Shown here one piece after another: positions 11,037 through 19,864 of a DNA stretch of 62,146 nucleotides; position 1 is the first letter of the stretch; each line of letters starts with the position of its first letter. The stretch is from the NCBI GenBank assembly GCA_051001215.1, contig JBPCNP010000062.1:1-62146 (forward strand), given 5' to 3'. Position numbers and translations under genes: made by a program. The notes beneath the pieces were generated by a model. It searched no databases. It was not told the DNA's origin and was given only the letters and a program-made list of their open reading frames with translations. Origin of the DNA: Acidimicrobiales bacterium. Its GTDB lineage: Bacteria > Actinomycetota > Acidimicrobiia > Acidimicrobiales > AC-14.

Positions 11037-12570
11037 GTTTGCGGGACGGCAGTTCCTCCCGCTTGGATCGCAGCATGGCCAGGGCCCGCACCAGCGCCGG
11101 CCGGGTCGTGGCCGGGTCGATCACGTCGTCGATGTAACCCCGTTCGGCGGCGATCCAGGGGTTGGCGTGGCGCTCGGCGTAGTCGGCCACCAGCGCGGCC
11201 CGAAGGGCGGCGGGGTCGTCGGAGTCCTCCAGCTCACGGCGGTGGAGGATCTCCACCGCCCCGTGGGGGCCCATCACCGCCACCTCGGCGGTCGGCCAGG
11301 CCAGGGCCAGGTCGGCACCGATCGACTTCGAGTTCATCACCACGTAGGCGCCTCCGTAGGCCTTGCGGACCACCACCTGGATGCGGGGGACAGTGGCCTC
11401 GCAGAAGGCGTAGAGCAGCTTGGCTCCGTGTCGGATGATGCCGCCGTGCTCCTGGTCGGTACCGGGAAGGAAGCCGGGCACGTCGACAAGGGTGACCAGG
11501 GGGATGTTGAACGCGTCACAGGTGCGGACGAAGCGGGCGCCCTTCTCCGACGAGTCGATGTCGAGCACGCCGGCCAGCACCTGGGGCTGGTTGGCCACGA
11601 TCCCCACGGTGTGACCGTCGAGGCGGGCGAAGCCGCACACCAGGTTGCGGGCCCACAGCGGGGAGTACTGGTAGAGCTCACCGTCGTCGACCACGGCGCG
11701 GATGAGGGCGGTCATGTCGTAGGGCTCGTTCGGTCCGTCGGAGACCATCTCGAACAGCCCCGGCGACGTCCGCGCCGGGTCGTCGGTAACGATGGCCCGG
11801 GGGGGCTCGTCGCGGTTGCTCTGGGGGAGGAAGCCGAGGAGGTGGCGGACCTCGGCGAGGCAGGCCCTGTCGTCGGGGGCGGTGAAATGGGCCACACCCG
11901 AACGGGTGGCGTGGGTCATGGCGCCGCCCAGCTCCTCCAGGCTCACGTCCTCGCCGGTCACCGTGCGGACCACGTCGGGGCCGGTGATGAACATGTACGA
12001 CGTCTTTTCGACCATGAACACGAAGTCGGTCATGGCCGGGCTGTACACGGCGCCGCCGGCACAGGGCCCCATGATCACGCTGATCTGGGGGACGACGCCC
12101 GATGCCTCGACGTTGCGGCGGAAGATCTCGCCGTAGGCCACGAGGGAGACGACGCCCTCCTGGATGCGGGCGCCGGCCCCGTCGTTGAGACCGATCAGCG
12201 GCGCCCCGACCCGCTGGGCCAGGTCCATGACCTTGTGGATCTTCTCGGCGAAGACCTCACCCAGCGAGCCACCGAACACGGTGAAGTCCTGGGCGAACAG
12301 AAAGATTTGGCGACCGTTGACGGTGCCCCAACCGGTGATCACGCCGTCGGTGTAGGGCCGGTCGTCGAGGCCGACACCCTCGGCCCGGTGGCGGGCGAGC
12401 AGGTCGAGCTCGTTGAAGCTGTCCTTGTCGACCAGGTAGTCGACCCGCTCCCGGGCGGTCATCTTGCCCCGGGCGTGCTGGCGCTCGACGGACTGCTCGG
12501 ACCCGGCGTTGCGGGCTTCTTCCCGCCGCCGCCGTAGGTCGTCGAGGCGGTCGGTGGTCGTCGGCTCCAT
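11017..12570 (-). CDS. pccB: Acyl-CoA (propionyl-CoA) carboxylase, carboxyltransferase beta subunit
   Basis: The start is refined to the ATG at 12570 (MEPTTTDRLDDLRRRREEA...). The sequence reads as AccD5/PccB throughout (GGSLGEVFAEKIHKVMDLA, VPQISVIMGPCAGGAVYSPAMTDF, GIVANQP). Confidence 0.95.
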   Translation of the reverse strand: MEPTTTDRLDDLRRRREEARNAGSEQSVERQHARGKMTARERVDYLVDKDSFNELDLLARHRAEGVGLDDRPYTDGVITGWGTVNGRQIFLFAQDFTVFGGSLGEVFAEKIHKVMDLAQRVGAPLIGLNDGAGARIQEGVVSLVAYGEIFRRNVEASGVVPQISVIMGPCAGGAVYSPAMTDFVFMVEKTSYMFITGPDVVRTVTGEDVSLEELGGAMTHATRSGVAHFTAPDDRACLAEVRHLLGFLPQSNRDEPPRAIVTDDPARTSPGLFEMVSDGPNEPYDMTALIRAVVDDGELYQYSPLWARNLVCGFARLDGHTVGIVANQPQVLAGVLDIDSSEKGARFVRTCDAFNIPLVTLVDVPGFLPGTDQEHGGIIRHGAKLLYAFCEATVPRIQVVVRKAYGGAYVVMNSKSIGADLALAWPTAEVAVMGPHGAVEILHRRELEDSDDPAALRAALVADYAERHANPWIAAERGYIDDVIDPATTRPALVRALAMLRSKREELPSRKHGNVPL

Positions 12571-12655
12571 CCCCGTCGAGGCTACCCCGGCGCTTCTCTG
12601 CTCGACTTCCGCCGGCGGTCTCGACCAGGCACCGGTCAACGCGAGCAAAGAATGG

Positions 12656-13531
12656 TCAGGGTTCGCTGGTGAGGGCGGCGACGCGCTCGGGCAGGCGCCC
12701 GGCGCGCAGGCGACGGGCCACGCCGGCGAGGGCGGGGGTGGGGCCCCGCCATCGCAGCGTGTCGACGTGGTCGAGCACCGGAGCCTCGGCCCGCAGGGTG
12801 GCCAGGTCCCGGAACAGCAGGACGAGCTCGAGCTGGTCGACGAGCGTCGCTGCCAACCGCACCCGGCCACGCACGGCCACGTCCCACCTGGTGGCGTCGA
12901 CGGGGATGTCCTCCAGGTGTCGATAGCGCCCCAGCACGGCGCTGGCCGCCGTCTTGCCCCAGCCGGGAAGGCCTGGGAAGCCGTCGGCGGAGTCGCCCAC
13001 CAGGGCCAGCCAGTCGGGGATCGACTCCGGATGGATGCCGTAGCGGGCCACGACGCCGTCTTCGTCGGTGATGGCGTCCTTGCGGCGGTCGAGTTGCACG
13101 ACCCGGGTGCCCACCACGGCCTGGGCGAGATCCTTGTCGGGCGTCATGATCACCACCTGGTCGACGGCGGGATCGGCGGCCGCAGTCCGGGCTGCGGCGG
13201 CCAGGGCGTCATCGGCCTCCAGCTCGACCATCGGGAACACCACGACGCCCAGGGCGCCAAGGGCTTCCTCGACGAGGGGGAACTGGGCCAGCAGGGCCGG
13301 GGGCATCCCGGCGCTCGACTTGTAGCCGTCCCAACGTTGGTTGCGGAAGGACTCGACCACGCTGTCGGTGGCCACCCCCAGGTGGGTGACGCCGTGTTCG
13401 AGGAGGCCGACCACGCTCCAGATCACCCCCCGGGTCGCGGCCACGTCTTCGGTCGCGTCGTGGTCGGCGGGAGGGGCGCCGAAGTGATGGCGGAACAACT
13501 CGTAGGTACCGTCGAGCAGGTGGACCTTCAC
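12656..13531 (-). CDS. 5'-3' exonuclease / FEN-like nuclease (Pol I N-terminal domain family)
   Basis: MKVHLLDGTYELFR, the EADD acidic cluster, IMTPDKDLAQ, and the H3TH region LVGDSADGFPGLPGWGKTA. Confidence 0.85.
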   Translation of the reverse strand: MKVHLLDGTYELFRHHFGAPPADHDATEDVAATRGVIWSVVGLLEHGVTHLGVATDSVVESFRNQRWDGYKSSAGMPPALLAQFPLVEEALGALGVVVFPMVELEADDALAAAARTAAADPAVDQVVIMTPDKDLAQAVVGTRVVQLDRRKDAITDEDGVVARYGIHPESIPDWLALVGDSADGFPGLPGWGKTAASAVLGRYRHLEDIPVDATRWDVAVRGRVRLAATLVDQLELVLLFRDLATLRAEAPVLDHVDTLRWRGPTPALAGVARRLRAGRLPERVAALTSEP

Positions 13532-14778
13532 CGCTCAAGCCTGCCTGACGGCGATGGGGACGGCGGCAGGACCAGTCGGGGCACCTCGGCGGCCTGGCAG
13601 GTCAGGGCAACGGGGTCGACACCGCCGAGAGCGGCCATACGGGCCGCAGCCTGGTTGAGCCGATCCTCGCTCAACCGGCCCTGTTCGACCGAGGCCTCCA
13701 GGCTGTCCCGCATCTCGCGGGCGGCTTCGCCTTCGGTGACCAGGACACCATCGGCGCCGGCGATGAGGGCCATCACCGCGGCCTCCCCGTAGCTCCAGCG
13801 CCGGTTGACGGCGCCCATGCCCAGGGCGTCGGTGATGGCCACGCCGTGAAAGCCGGTGTTTCGCAACAGCCGGTAGGCCGCGGGTGACAGGCTGGCGGGA
13901 ACGCCGGGGTCGAGGGCGGCGTACTCCACGTGGTTGACCATCACGACGGGGACACCGGCGACGATCAGGTCCCTGAACGGTACGAGGTCGCCGGCCCCCA
14001 GGTCGGCGAGCGATGCGTCCACCCGCGACCGCCCCACCTCGTCGTCTCCGACGGCCCGGCCGTGGCCGGGGAAGTGCTTGACGGCCGAGCGCACGCCGGC
14101 ATCGGCGAAACCGGCGGCCTGGGCAGAGGCGTACCGCGAGGCGGTCGCCGGGTCGGCCGAGAACGACCGGTCCCCGATAGTGGCGTTGTAGGGGCCGGCG
14201 TCCAGGTCGGCCACCGGTGCCAGGTCGAGGTCGACGCCGAAGGCAGACAGCTTCGAGCCCACCTGGTGGGCCAGGCCGCGCACCTCGTCGGCCGAGCGTT
14301 CTGCGGCCTGGCGCCGGGCTGAGGGGCTGGGCCCGAGCACGGCTGCGAACGACGAGACCCGGCCCGACTCCTCGTCGGTGGAGACGATGAGGTGGTGGTG
14401 CGAGCGCGCCCTGAGGTCGGCGATGAGGCGGCTGACCTGATCGGCGGACTTCACGTTCCTGGCGGCCAGGAAGACACCACCCACGCCGACGTCGATTACC
14501 TCGCCCACGACGGGGTCGCCCGACGTCGTGGCCCCGGAGAGCCCGGCGATCAGCACCTGGGCAGCCCGTTCGGCCAGGGGAGCGGGCCGGCAGGGGGGAG
14601 CCGGGGCCGTCACGGGCGGGGGCGTGGTGCCCGGCCGGGCGCCGGAACCGGTCACCGGCGACGTGCAGGCGGCCGCCAGCACGGCGGTCACGCCGATCAC
14701 GGTCTTCCAGCGGTTCCGGTCGGTTCTGGAGTGGCCAGGCCGCCCCGAACCAGGACCAGACGGGTTCATGGCCGCCAC
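13528..14778 (-). CDS. Glycoside hydrolase family 3 (NagZ-like beta-N-acetylhexosaminidase), probable lipoprotein
   Basis: KHFPGHG motif, DLDLAPVADL, and a lipobox-like LAAAC after a hydrophobic N-terminus. It overlaps the exonuclease start by 4 nt. Confidence 0.8.
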   Translation of the reverse strand: MAAMNPSGPGSGRPGHSRTDRNRWKTVIGVTAVLAAACTSPVTGSGARPGTTPPPVTAPAPPCRPAPLAERAAQVLIAGLSGATTSGDPVVGEVIDVGVGGVFLAARNVKSADQVSRLIADLRARSHHHLIVSTDEESGRVSSFAAVLGPSPSARRQAAERSADEVRGLAHQVGSKLSAFGVDLDLAPVADLDAGPYNATIGDRSFSADPATASRYASAQAAGFADAGVRSAVKHFPGHGRAVGDDEVGRSRVDASLADLGAGDLVPFRDLIVAGVPVVMVNHVEYAALDPGVPASLSPAAYRLLRNTGFHGVAITDALGMGAVNRRWSYGEAAVMALIAGADGVLVTEGEAAREMRDSLEASVEQGRLSEDRLNQAAARMAALGGVDPVALTCQAAEVPRLVLPPSPSPSGRLER

Positions 14779-14856
14779 GGACGAACCGTAGACCGCGGGG
14801 CCGGGGCACCGATGTCGCCGTCATCGGTACTCTCGAAGGAATGCGTCGGGATGGTC

Positions 14857-15699
14857 GTGCCTGAGGGGGACACCCTCTTCCGGACCGCGGCCACCCTGCA
14901 ACGATGGCTCGGGGGCCGCGAGGTCAGCGACGCCACCACGACGGTCCCGGGGCTTCCCGCCGACCGGCTGGTGGGTCAGCGGATCGACAAGGTGGAGGCC
15001 TGGGGCAAACACCTGCTGGTGCGCTTCGGGTCAGGGCAGGTCCTGCACTCCCACCTGCGCATGAGCGGGTCGTGGCACGTGTACTCCGTCGGCGACGCCT
15101 GGCGTCGCCCGCAACGTCAGGCCCGCTTGGTGCTGACCTGCGGCGACCGGTTGGCCGTGTGCTACAACGCGCCGGTCGTCGAGTTGCTGGCGGCCAGAGC
15201 CGAGCTGGTCCATCCCGCCCTGGCCCGGTTGGGTCCCGATGTGCTGGCTGACGCCATCGACCTCGAGGGCGTCAGGCGTCGGATCCGGCGCCGTCCGGGC
15301 GAGTCGGCGCTGGGCGAGCTGCTCCTCGACCAGACCCTCGTTGCCGGTATCGGCAACATCTGGAGATGTGAGGCCTTGTTCGTGGAAGGCCACAATCCGT
15401 GGACGCCGCAGTCCCGGCTCGACGACGACCAGCTCGACCGGTTGGTGGCGACGGCCAGTCGGCTGATGCGGACCAGCGCGGGTCTGGACCCCGAACCGCG
15501 GCCCGGCTCACCCGACGCCGTGCCCAACCCGTCGGGTCGGCAATTCACCCGCTGGGTCTACAAGCGCAACGGTCTGCCCTGTCGGCGTTGCGGCACCCTC
15601 GTGGCCGCCCGCCGCCAGGGCGAGCAGGCCCGCACGGCCTACTGGTGCCCGACGTGCCAGTCCGCCGATACCGACACTGCCCCCCGCGCCGACCCGTGA
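14857..15699 (+). CDS. nei: Fpg/Nei family DNA glycosylase / AP lyase (endonuclease VIII-like)
   Basis: The GTG at 14857 gives M-PEGDTLFR, placing the catalytic Pro at residue 2 as the family requires. It has an H2TH region and a C-terminal zinc finger (CRRCG...CPTCQ). Confidence 0.9.
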   Translation: MPEGDTLFRTAATLQRWLGGREVSDATTTVPGLPADRLVGQRIDKVEAWGKHLLVRFGSGQVLHSHLRMSGSWHVYSVGDAWRRPQRQARLVLTCGDRLAVCYNAPVVELLAARAELVHPALARLGPDVLADAIDLEGVRRRIRRRPGESALGELLLDQTLVAGIGNIWRCEALFVEGHNPWTPQSRLDDDQLDRLVATASRLMRTSAGLDPEPRPGSPDAVPNPSGRQFTRWVYKRNGLPCRRCGTLVAARRQGEQARTAYWCPTCQSADTDTAPRADP

Positions 15700-17099
15700 T
15701 CGCCGGCCCGTCCGGCCCCCAGGACAGTGCCCGCCCGTCCGGCCCCCAGGACAGTGCCCGCCCGTCCGGCCCCCAGGACAGTGCCGGCCCGTCCGGCCCC
15801 CAGGACAGTGCCGGCCCGTCCGGCCCCCAGGACAGTGCCGGCCGCTCCAGCCTTCGGCGGCGGGTCTTCGTCGACCTGTCGCCGCTGCGCGACTCCCGCG
15901 ACTACCGCCTGCTCTTCAGCGGCGAGGCGGTGTCGTGGTTGGGGCGCCAGGCCACCGTCGTCGCCGTCTCCTATCAGGTGTACCTGCTCACGGGGTCATC
16001 GTTCGCCGTGGGCCTGTTGGGCCTGGCCAATCTCGGTCCTCTCGCCGCCATGTCCCTGGCCGGTGGGGCCATCGCCGACGCCGTCGACCGGCGCAAGCTC
16101 CTCCTGGTCACGCAGGTGTTGCTGGGCCTCACCAGCGTCGGCCTGGCCCTCAACGCCTCGGCCGTCTCGCCCATGGTGTGGCCCATCTACGTGTTGAGCG
16201 CCCTGGCCGCCGGCCTGTCCGGCATCGACCTTCCCACCCGCAACGCCATGATCCCGAAGATGGTGGGCCGCGATGCCATCCCGGCGGCGTCGGCCCTGGG
16301 TCAGATCCTCATGCAGGCCGGCTTCGTGGTCGGTCCCGCCCTGGCCGGCCTGGTGATCGCCCGGGTCAGCCTGGCTTCGGCCTACTGGCTCGATGTGGCC
16401 ACCTTCGTGGTCTCCATCGCCGCCGTGTCGTTGCTACACCCCCAGCCGCCCGAGGGGGGAGGGACCCGGGCGGGGGTGGCCTCGGTGCGCGAGGGCCTGA
16501 ACTACCTGCGAGGCCGGCGGCTGCTGGTGAGCACATTCGTCATCGACATCGACGCCATGGTCTTCGGCATGCCCCGGGCCCTGTTCCCGGCGCTGGGGAC
16601 GAGCCTGTACGGGGGTGGAGCGGCCACCGTGGGCCTCCTCTACGCCGCGCCCGGTTTCGGCGCCTTGGTCGGGGCCCTGCTCACGGGATGGGTCACGCGC
16701 GTCCGTCGCCAGGGACGTGCCGTCATCGTGTCGGTGATGGGATGGGGCGCAGCCATCGCCGCCTTCGGCCTGGTGCACTGGCTGCCGCTGGGCCTGGTCC
16801 TGCTGGCCGTCGCCGGGGCGGCCGACGTGATCTCCGCGGTGTTCCGCAACACCATCCTGCAGATCAACGTCCCCGACGCCCTGCGGGGGCGCCTGACGGC
16901 CGTGCACATCGGCGTCGTCACGGGTGGGCCCTCCCTGGGCGACGCCGAGGCAGGTGCGGTGGCCGCCCTGACGTCGGCTCCCATCTCGGTGGTGACGGGG
17001 GGCCTGGCCTGCGTGCTGGGCGTCGGCCTGTTGCACCGGTGGGCACCCCAGCTGTGGGCCTACGACACCGCCGAGGCGCCACCGGGTACGCCTGGCTGA
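15696..17099 (+). CDS. MFS transporter (EntS/MFS_3-like) with a repeat-encoded N-terminal tail
   Basis: The TM-rich body (DYRLLFSGEAVSWLGRQ..., DRRKLLL) is typical of MFS_3. The proposed GTG at 15696 overlaps the nei stop (GTGA). A later start after the repeats cannot be excluded. Confidence 0.75.
   Translation: MIAGPSGPQDSARPSGPQDSARPSGPQDSAGPSGPQDSAGPSGPQDSAGRSSLRRRVFVDLSPLRDSRDYRLLFSGEAVSWLGRQATVVAVSYQVYLLTGSSFAVGLLGLANLGPLAAMSLAGGAIADAVDRRKLLLVTQVLLGLTSVGLALNASAVSPMVWPIYVLSALAAGLSGIDLPTRNAMIPKMVGRDAIPAASALGQILMQAGFVVGPALAGLVIARVSLASAYWLDVATFVVSIAAVSLLHPQPPEGGGTRAGVASVREGLNYLRGRRLLVSTFVIDIDAMVFGMPRALFPALGTSLYGGGAATVGLLYAAPGFGALVGALLTGWVTRVRRQGRAVIVSVMGWGAAIAAFGLVHWLPLGLVLLAVAGAADVISAVFRNTILQINVPDALRGRLTAVHIGVVTGGPSLGDAEAGAVAALTSAPISVVTGGLACVLGVGLLHRWAPQLWAYDTAEAPPGTPG
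15705..15839. repeat. Tandem repeat, 5 x 27 nt (ggcccgtccggcccccaggacagtgcc), plus a degenerate sixth unit running to ~15852
   Basis: Read directly in the DNA. The copies differ only at the first and second base of the unit. In the MFS reading frame they encode PSGPQDSA(R/G) x5. Confidence 0.95.
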
Positions 17100-17120
17100 C
17101 GGTCAGCGCGCAGGCCCCAC

Positions 17121-17609
17121 TCAGCTCGCGGCCTGGTCGGCGGCGCGCTGGAGGTCGGCCAGGTCGATCTTGCCCATGCCCAACATGGCCTTCATCGCCG
17201 CCTGCGACCTGGCCGGGTCGGGGTCGGTGAGGAGCTTGTCCATGGCGATCGGCACGATCTGCCACGAGACGCCGAACCGGTCCTTCAGCCAGCCGCACGG
17301 GCCCTCTTGGCCGCCATCGGACAGCGCCGTCCAGAAGGCATCCACCTCGTCCTGTGACTCGCAGTTCACCTGGAACGACACGGCTTCGCTGAAGCGGAAC
17401 TCAGGTCCGCCGTTGAGGGCGGTGAACGGCTGTCCGTCGAGCTCGAAGCTCACGACCATGACCATTCCCTCGGGCCGGGGGCCGGCCGAACCGTAGTGGG
17501 AGACCTCGAGGATCCGGGAGCTCTCGAAGACGCTCGTGTAGAAGGTGGCCGCGTCCTCGGCCTCGGTGTCGAACCACAGGCAGGGGGTGATCTTCGTCAG
17601 TGTCGCCAT
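17121..17609 (-). CDS. VOC family protein (PhnB-like / 3-demethylubiquinone methyltransferase-like domain)
   Basis: ITPCLWFDTEAEDAATFYTSVF, SFELDGQPFTALNGGP and CGWLKDRFGVSWQIVP are typical of this family. Confidence 0.8.
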   Translation of the reverse strand: MATLTKITPCLWFDTEAEDAATFYTSVFESSRILEVSHYGSAGPRPEGMVMVVSFELDGQPFTALNGGPEFRFSEAVSFQVNCESQDEVDAFWTALSDGGQEGPCGWLKDRFGVSWQIVPIAMDKLLTDPDPARSQAAMKAMLGMGKIDLADLQRAADQAAS

Positions 17610-17777
17610 CGGTTTGGTCCTTTCCGTGGCGGCCCGGAGGGGTCGGGCCGAGGTCGGATCGACCGGGGATCCCCCGCTCGACGGTGTGACACTTGCATAG
17701 TGGGGTGCATTGAAGGGAAGCTACGCAACGAATGTCCGTCGGCTATAGCCCGGGTCCCCTTGATGAGGAGTAGTTAC

Positions 17778-18767
17778 ATGCGAAGAGTTGTCTCGGCAGC
17801 GGTCACTACTGCCACCTGTCTGGCCACGTTCATCGCTGCGGCGGTGGGCCCGGCTGCCGCCGAACCGGCGCGCAAGAGCAGCGCCAACGCCTACGGCCTG
17901 TCGGCCGCAGGCCTCCTTGCCATCTCCCCGACGATCCCCACTGCGGCGACCCAGCCGCCCGACCAGGACTCGGCCGCCGCCAGCCCGGCGGGTCAGAGCC
18001 CCTCCGTCCTCACCCTCCCGTTGGGCACGCTTGCCCTCGCCGGGGTGGTCGGGGTGACTGCCAACGCCCACCAGGCCGACAACATCACGCCGGAGCTCAC
18101 CGCCGTTCCCACCACGGCCGGCACCAGCGACCCGGTCAGCCAACTGGACGACAACTCCAGAGGACTGGCCAAGACCACCGGACTGGGTCTGGTGTTCCAG
18201 GCGCCGACCACGGGCACGATCGACCCCATCGCCACCGCCCTGGCCGCCCTCCCCGGTCTGCTGAGCGCCGACGCCGTCACGTCGGAGGCTGTGGCCAAGT
18301 GCGTCAACGGAGCGCCCGTGTTCGAGACCGGCTACCAGATCGCCGGGCTCGGCGGCCTCGTCGGCGGCGTGCTCGACCCCATCGTCCAGACCCTCCTCAA
18401 CACCGTTCTCGGCCTGATCGGTCCCGGGGCCGCGCTCAGCAGCATCATCAGCATCGCCCCCGGTGTCGTGACGCAGTTGCCGGATGGGGTGGCCATCGAC
18501 GGTCTCCAGGTCAACGTGCCGCTGCTCAACGAGACCATCGTCGTCTCGCACTCCGAGGCGCACATGGATGCCAACTGCACCGTGGTAGCAGCCCCGCCGA
18601 CGAGCGCTCCGCGAGCGGGCGGCCCGGGCGGCGGGGGTTCTGGCCGGCTGGCCAGCACCGGCGCCGAGCTGCCCTTCCTGCCCCTCGGCCTCGGCCTGGT
18701 GATCGCGGGCATGGTCGGCACGGCCGTGGTGGTCCGCAGCCGCCGGGGCCAGACGGCTACCCGCTAG
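17778..18767 (+). CDS. Secreted cell-wall-anchored protein (LAxTG sortase signal)
   Basis: The ATG at 17778 follows gaggag. It has a signal peptide (VVSAAVTTATCLATFIAAAVGPAAA) and a C-terminal LASTG, hydrophobic helix and RSRRG tail. Confidence 0.65.
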   Translation: MRRVVSAAVTTATCLATFIAAAVGPAAAEPARKSSANAYGLSAAGLLAISPTIPTAATQPPDQDSAAASPAGQSPSVLTLPLGTLALAGVVGVTANAHQADNITPELTAVPTTAGTSDPVSQLDDNSRGLAKTTGLGLVFQAPTTGTIDPIATALAALPGLLSADAVTSEAVAKCVNGAPVFETGYQIAGLGGLVGGVLDPIVQTLLNTVLGLIGPGAALSSIISIAPGVVTQLPDGVAIDGLQVNVPLLNETIVVSHSEAHMDANCTVVAAPPTSAPRAGGPGGGGSGRLASTGAELPFLPLGLGLVIAGMVGTAVVVRSRRGQTATR

Positions 18768-18893
18768 TTCGACAGCTGTCCTCGACCGGGCCGGAGGTTG
18801 CGGCCCGGTCGAGACGCGTCACCCGGGCCCTTGGTCATCCTCGAGCCCGTCGACGAACGGCCTGGCGGCTGACCGACCTGTACCGTCTCGCCC

Positions 18894-19712
18894 ATGTCTC
18901 TCGTGGCGACAGTCGACCTGGGCGCGGCCCGCAGTGCGGTGGAGCGGGAGTCGGCTCGCGTGACGGCGCTGCTGCGATCGGCCCGCATGGTGCACGCCCC
19001 GGCGCTCGGCGAGTGGGACCTGGGCGACCTGGGCGTCCACCTGTCCCTCAGCCTCGACGGGGTGCTGGCCGCAGCCCGCGGCAGCGGGCCCGTGCTCGAC
19101 GACATCTGGGGGCTGTCGGGTCTGAGCGGCGTGCTCGTCAAAGGTGAGGACACCCGCGATCTCGGCGTCATCGCCGATCGCATCGACGCCACAGTGGCCG
19201 ATCTGCTCACCGCCCTGCCGACGACCGGGGGCCAACAGGTGCGGCCGTGGCTCGTGCCGGGCGTGGAGCTGTCCCAGTCGGCGCTGGCCTGCGAAGTGCT
19301 CAACGAGCTGGTGGTGCACGGGCGCGACCTGGCCATGGCCGAGGGCGTGGCCTGGCCCGTCGACCGGGATTCGGCCGCCCTGGTGCTCGACGGGTTCCTC
19401 TTCCCCGTCCTCGGTGCCCTGGGGCGGTCGATGGTCGACCAGGATGCGGCGGCAGGCGTGCGGGCCTGTTTCGACGTTCGCCTTCGGGGCGGCGGCGGTG
19501 CCTTCCTGCGCTTCGACGCCGGCGACCTCTGGGTGACCCGCACGGCGTCGGCTCCGGTCGACTGTCATCTGTGGGTCGACCCGGCGGCCTTCCTCCTCGT
19601 GTCCTGGGGGCGGGTCGACCAGTGGCCGGCCATCGCCCGAGGGCAGTTGCTGGCATGGGGCCGCAAGCCCTGGCTCGGGCTCCGGCTGCGGTCCCTGCTG
19701 CGCAACCCCTGA
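18894..19712 (+). CDS. Mycothiol-dependent maleylpyruvate-isomerase-family (DinB-like N-terminal) protein
   Basis: The N-terminal pattern (GEWDLGDLGVHLS...) and the C-terminal SCP2-like region (WLGLRLRSLLRNP) resemble the TIGR03083-type family. Confidence 0.6.
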   Translation: MSLVATVDLGAARSAVERESARVTALLRSARMVHAPALGEWDLGDLGVHLSLSLDGVLAAARGSGPVLDDIWGLSGLSGVLVKGEDTRDLGVIADRIDATVADLLTALPTTGGQQVRPWLVPGVELSQSALACEVLNELVVHGRDLAMAEGVAWPVDRDSAALVLDGFLFPVLGALGRSMVDQDAAAGVRACFDVRLRGGGGAFLRFDAGDLWVTRTASAPVDCHLWVDPAAFLLVSWGRVDQWPAIARGQLLAWGRKPWLGLRLRSLLRNP

Positions 19713-19864
19713 CCCGGGGCGCGATCGCGCAGGCGGGCCCGGCGTCGTCAGCCTTCCCGAGGGGCGCGGGCCACCCGGCCCGTATACTCGCCGAAGGGTC
19801 TGGACGCGACCCCGGCTCGGCCCCGTGGGCTCTCGCCGTGACGACGACGGAACGGGTGTGACGC

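Noticed and set aside
9268-12537. 1089-aa ORF on the + strand, the longest in the left half of the window
   Set aside because: It runs antisense to four well-supported minus-strand genes (peptidase S51, metallophosphoesterase, accE-like, pccB). Its translation is low-complexity (G/R/V/H/D/P-rich) with no recognisable motifs. This is the typical antisense shadow ORF of very high G+C DNA.
15705-15839. Possibility that the regularly spaced repeats at 15.7 kb and 54.6 kb are CRISPR arrays
   Set aside because: The units are directly adjacent with no unique spacers, are only 27-30 nt, lie inside reading frames, and no cas genes are present. They are tandem minisatellites.
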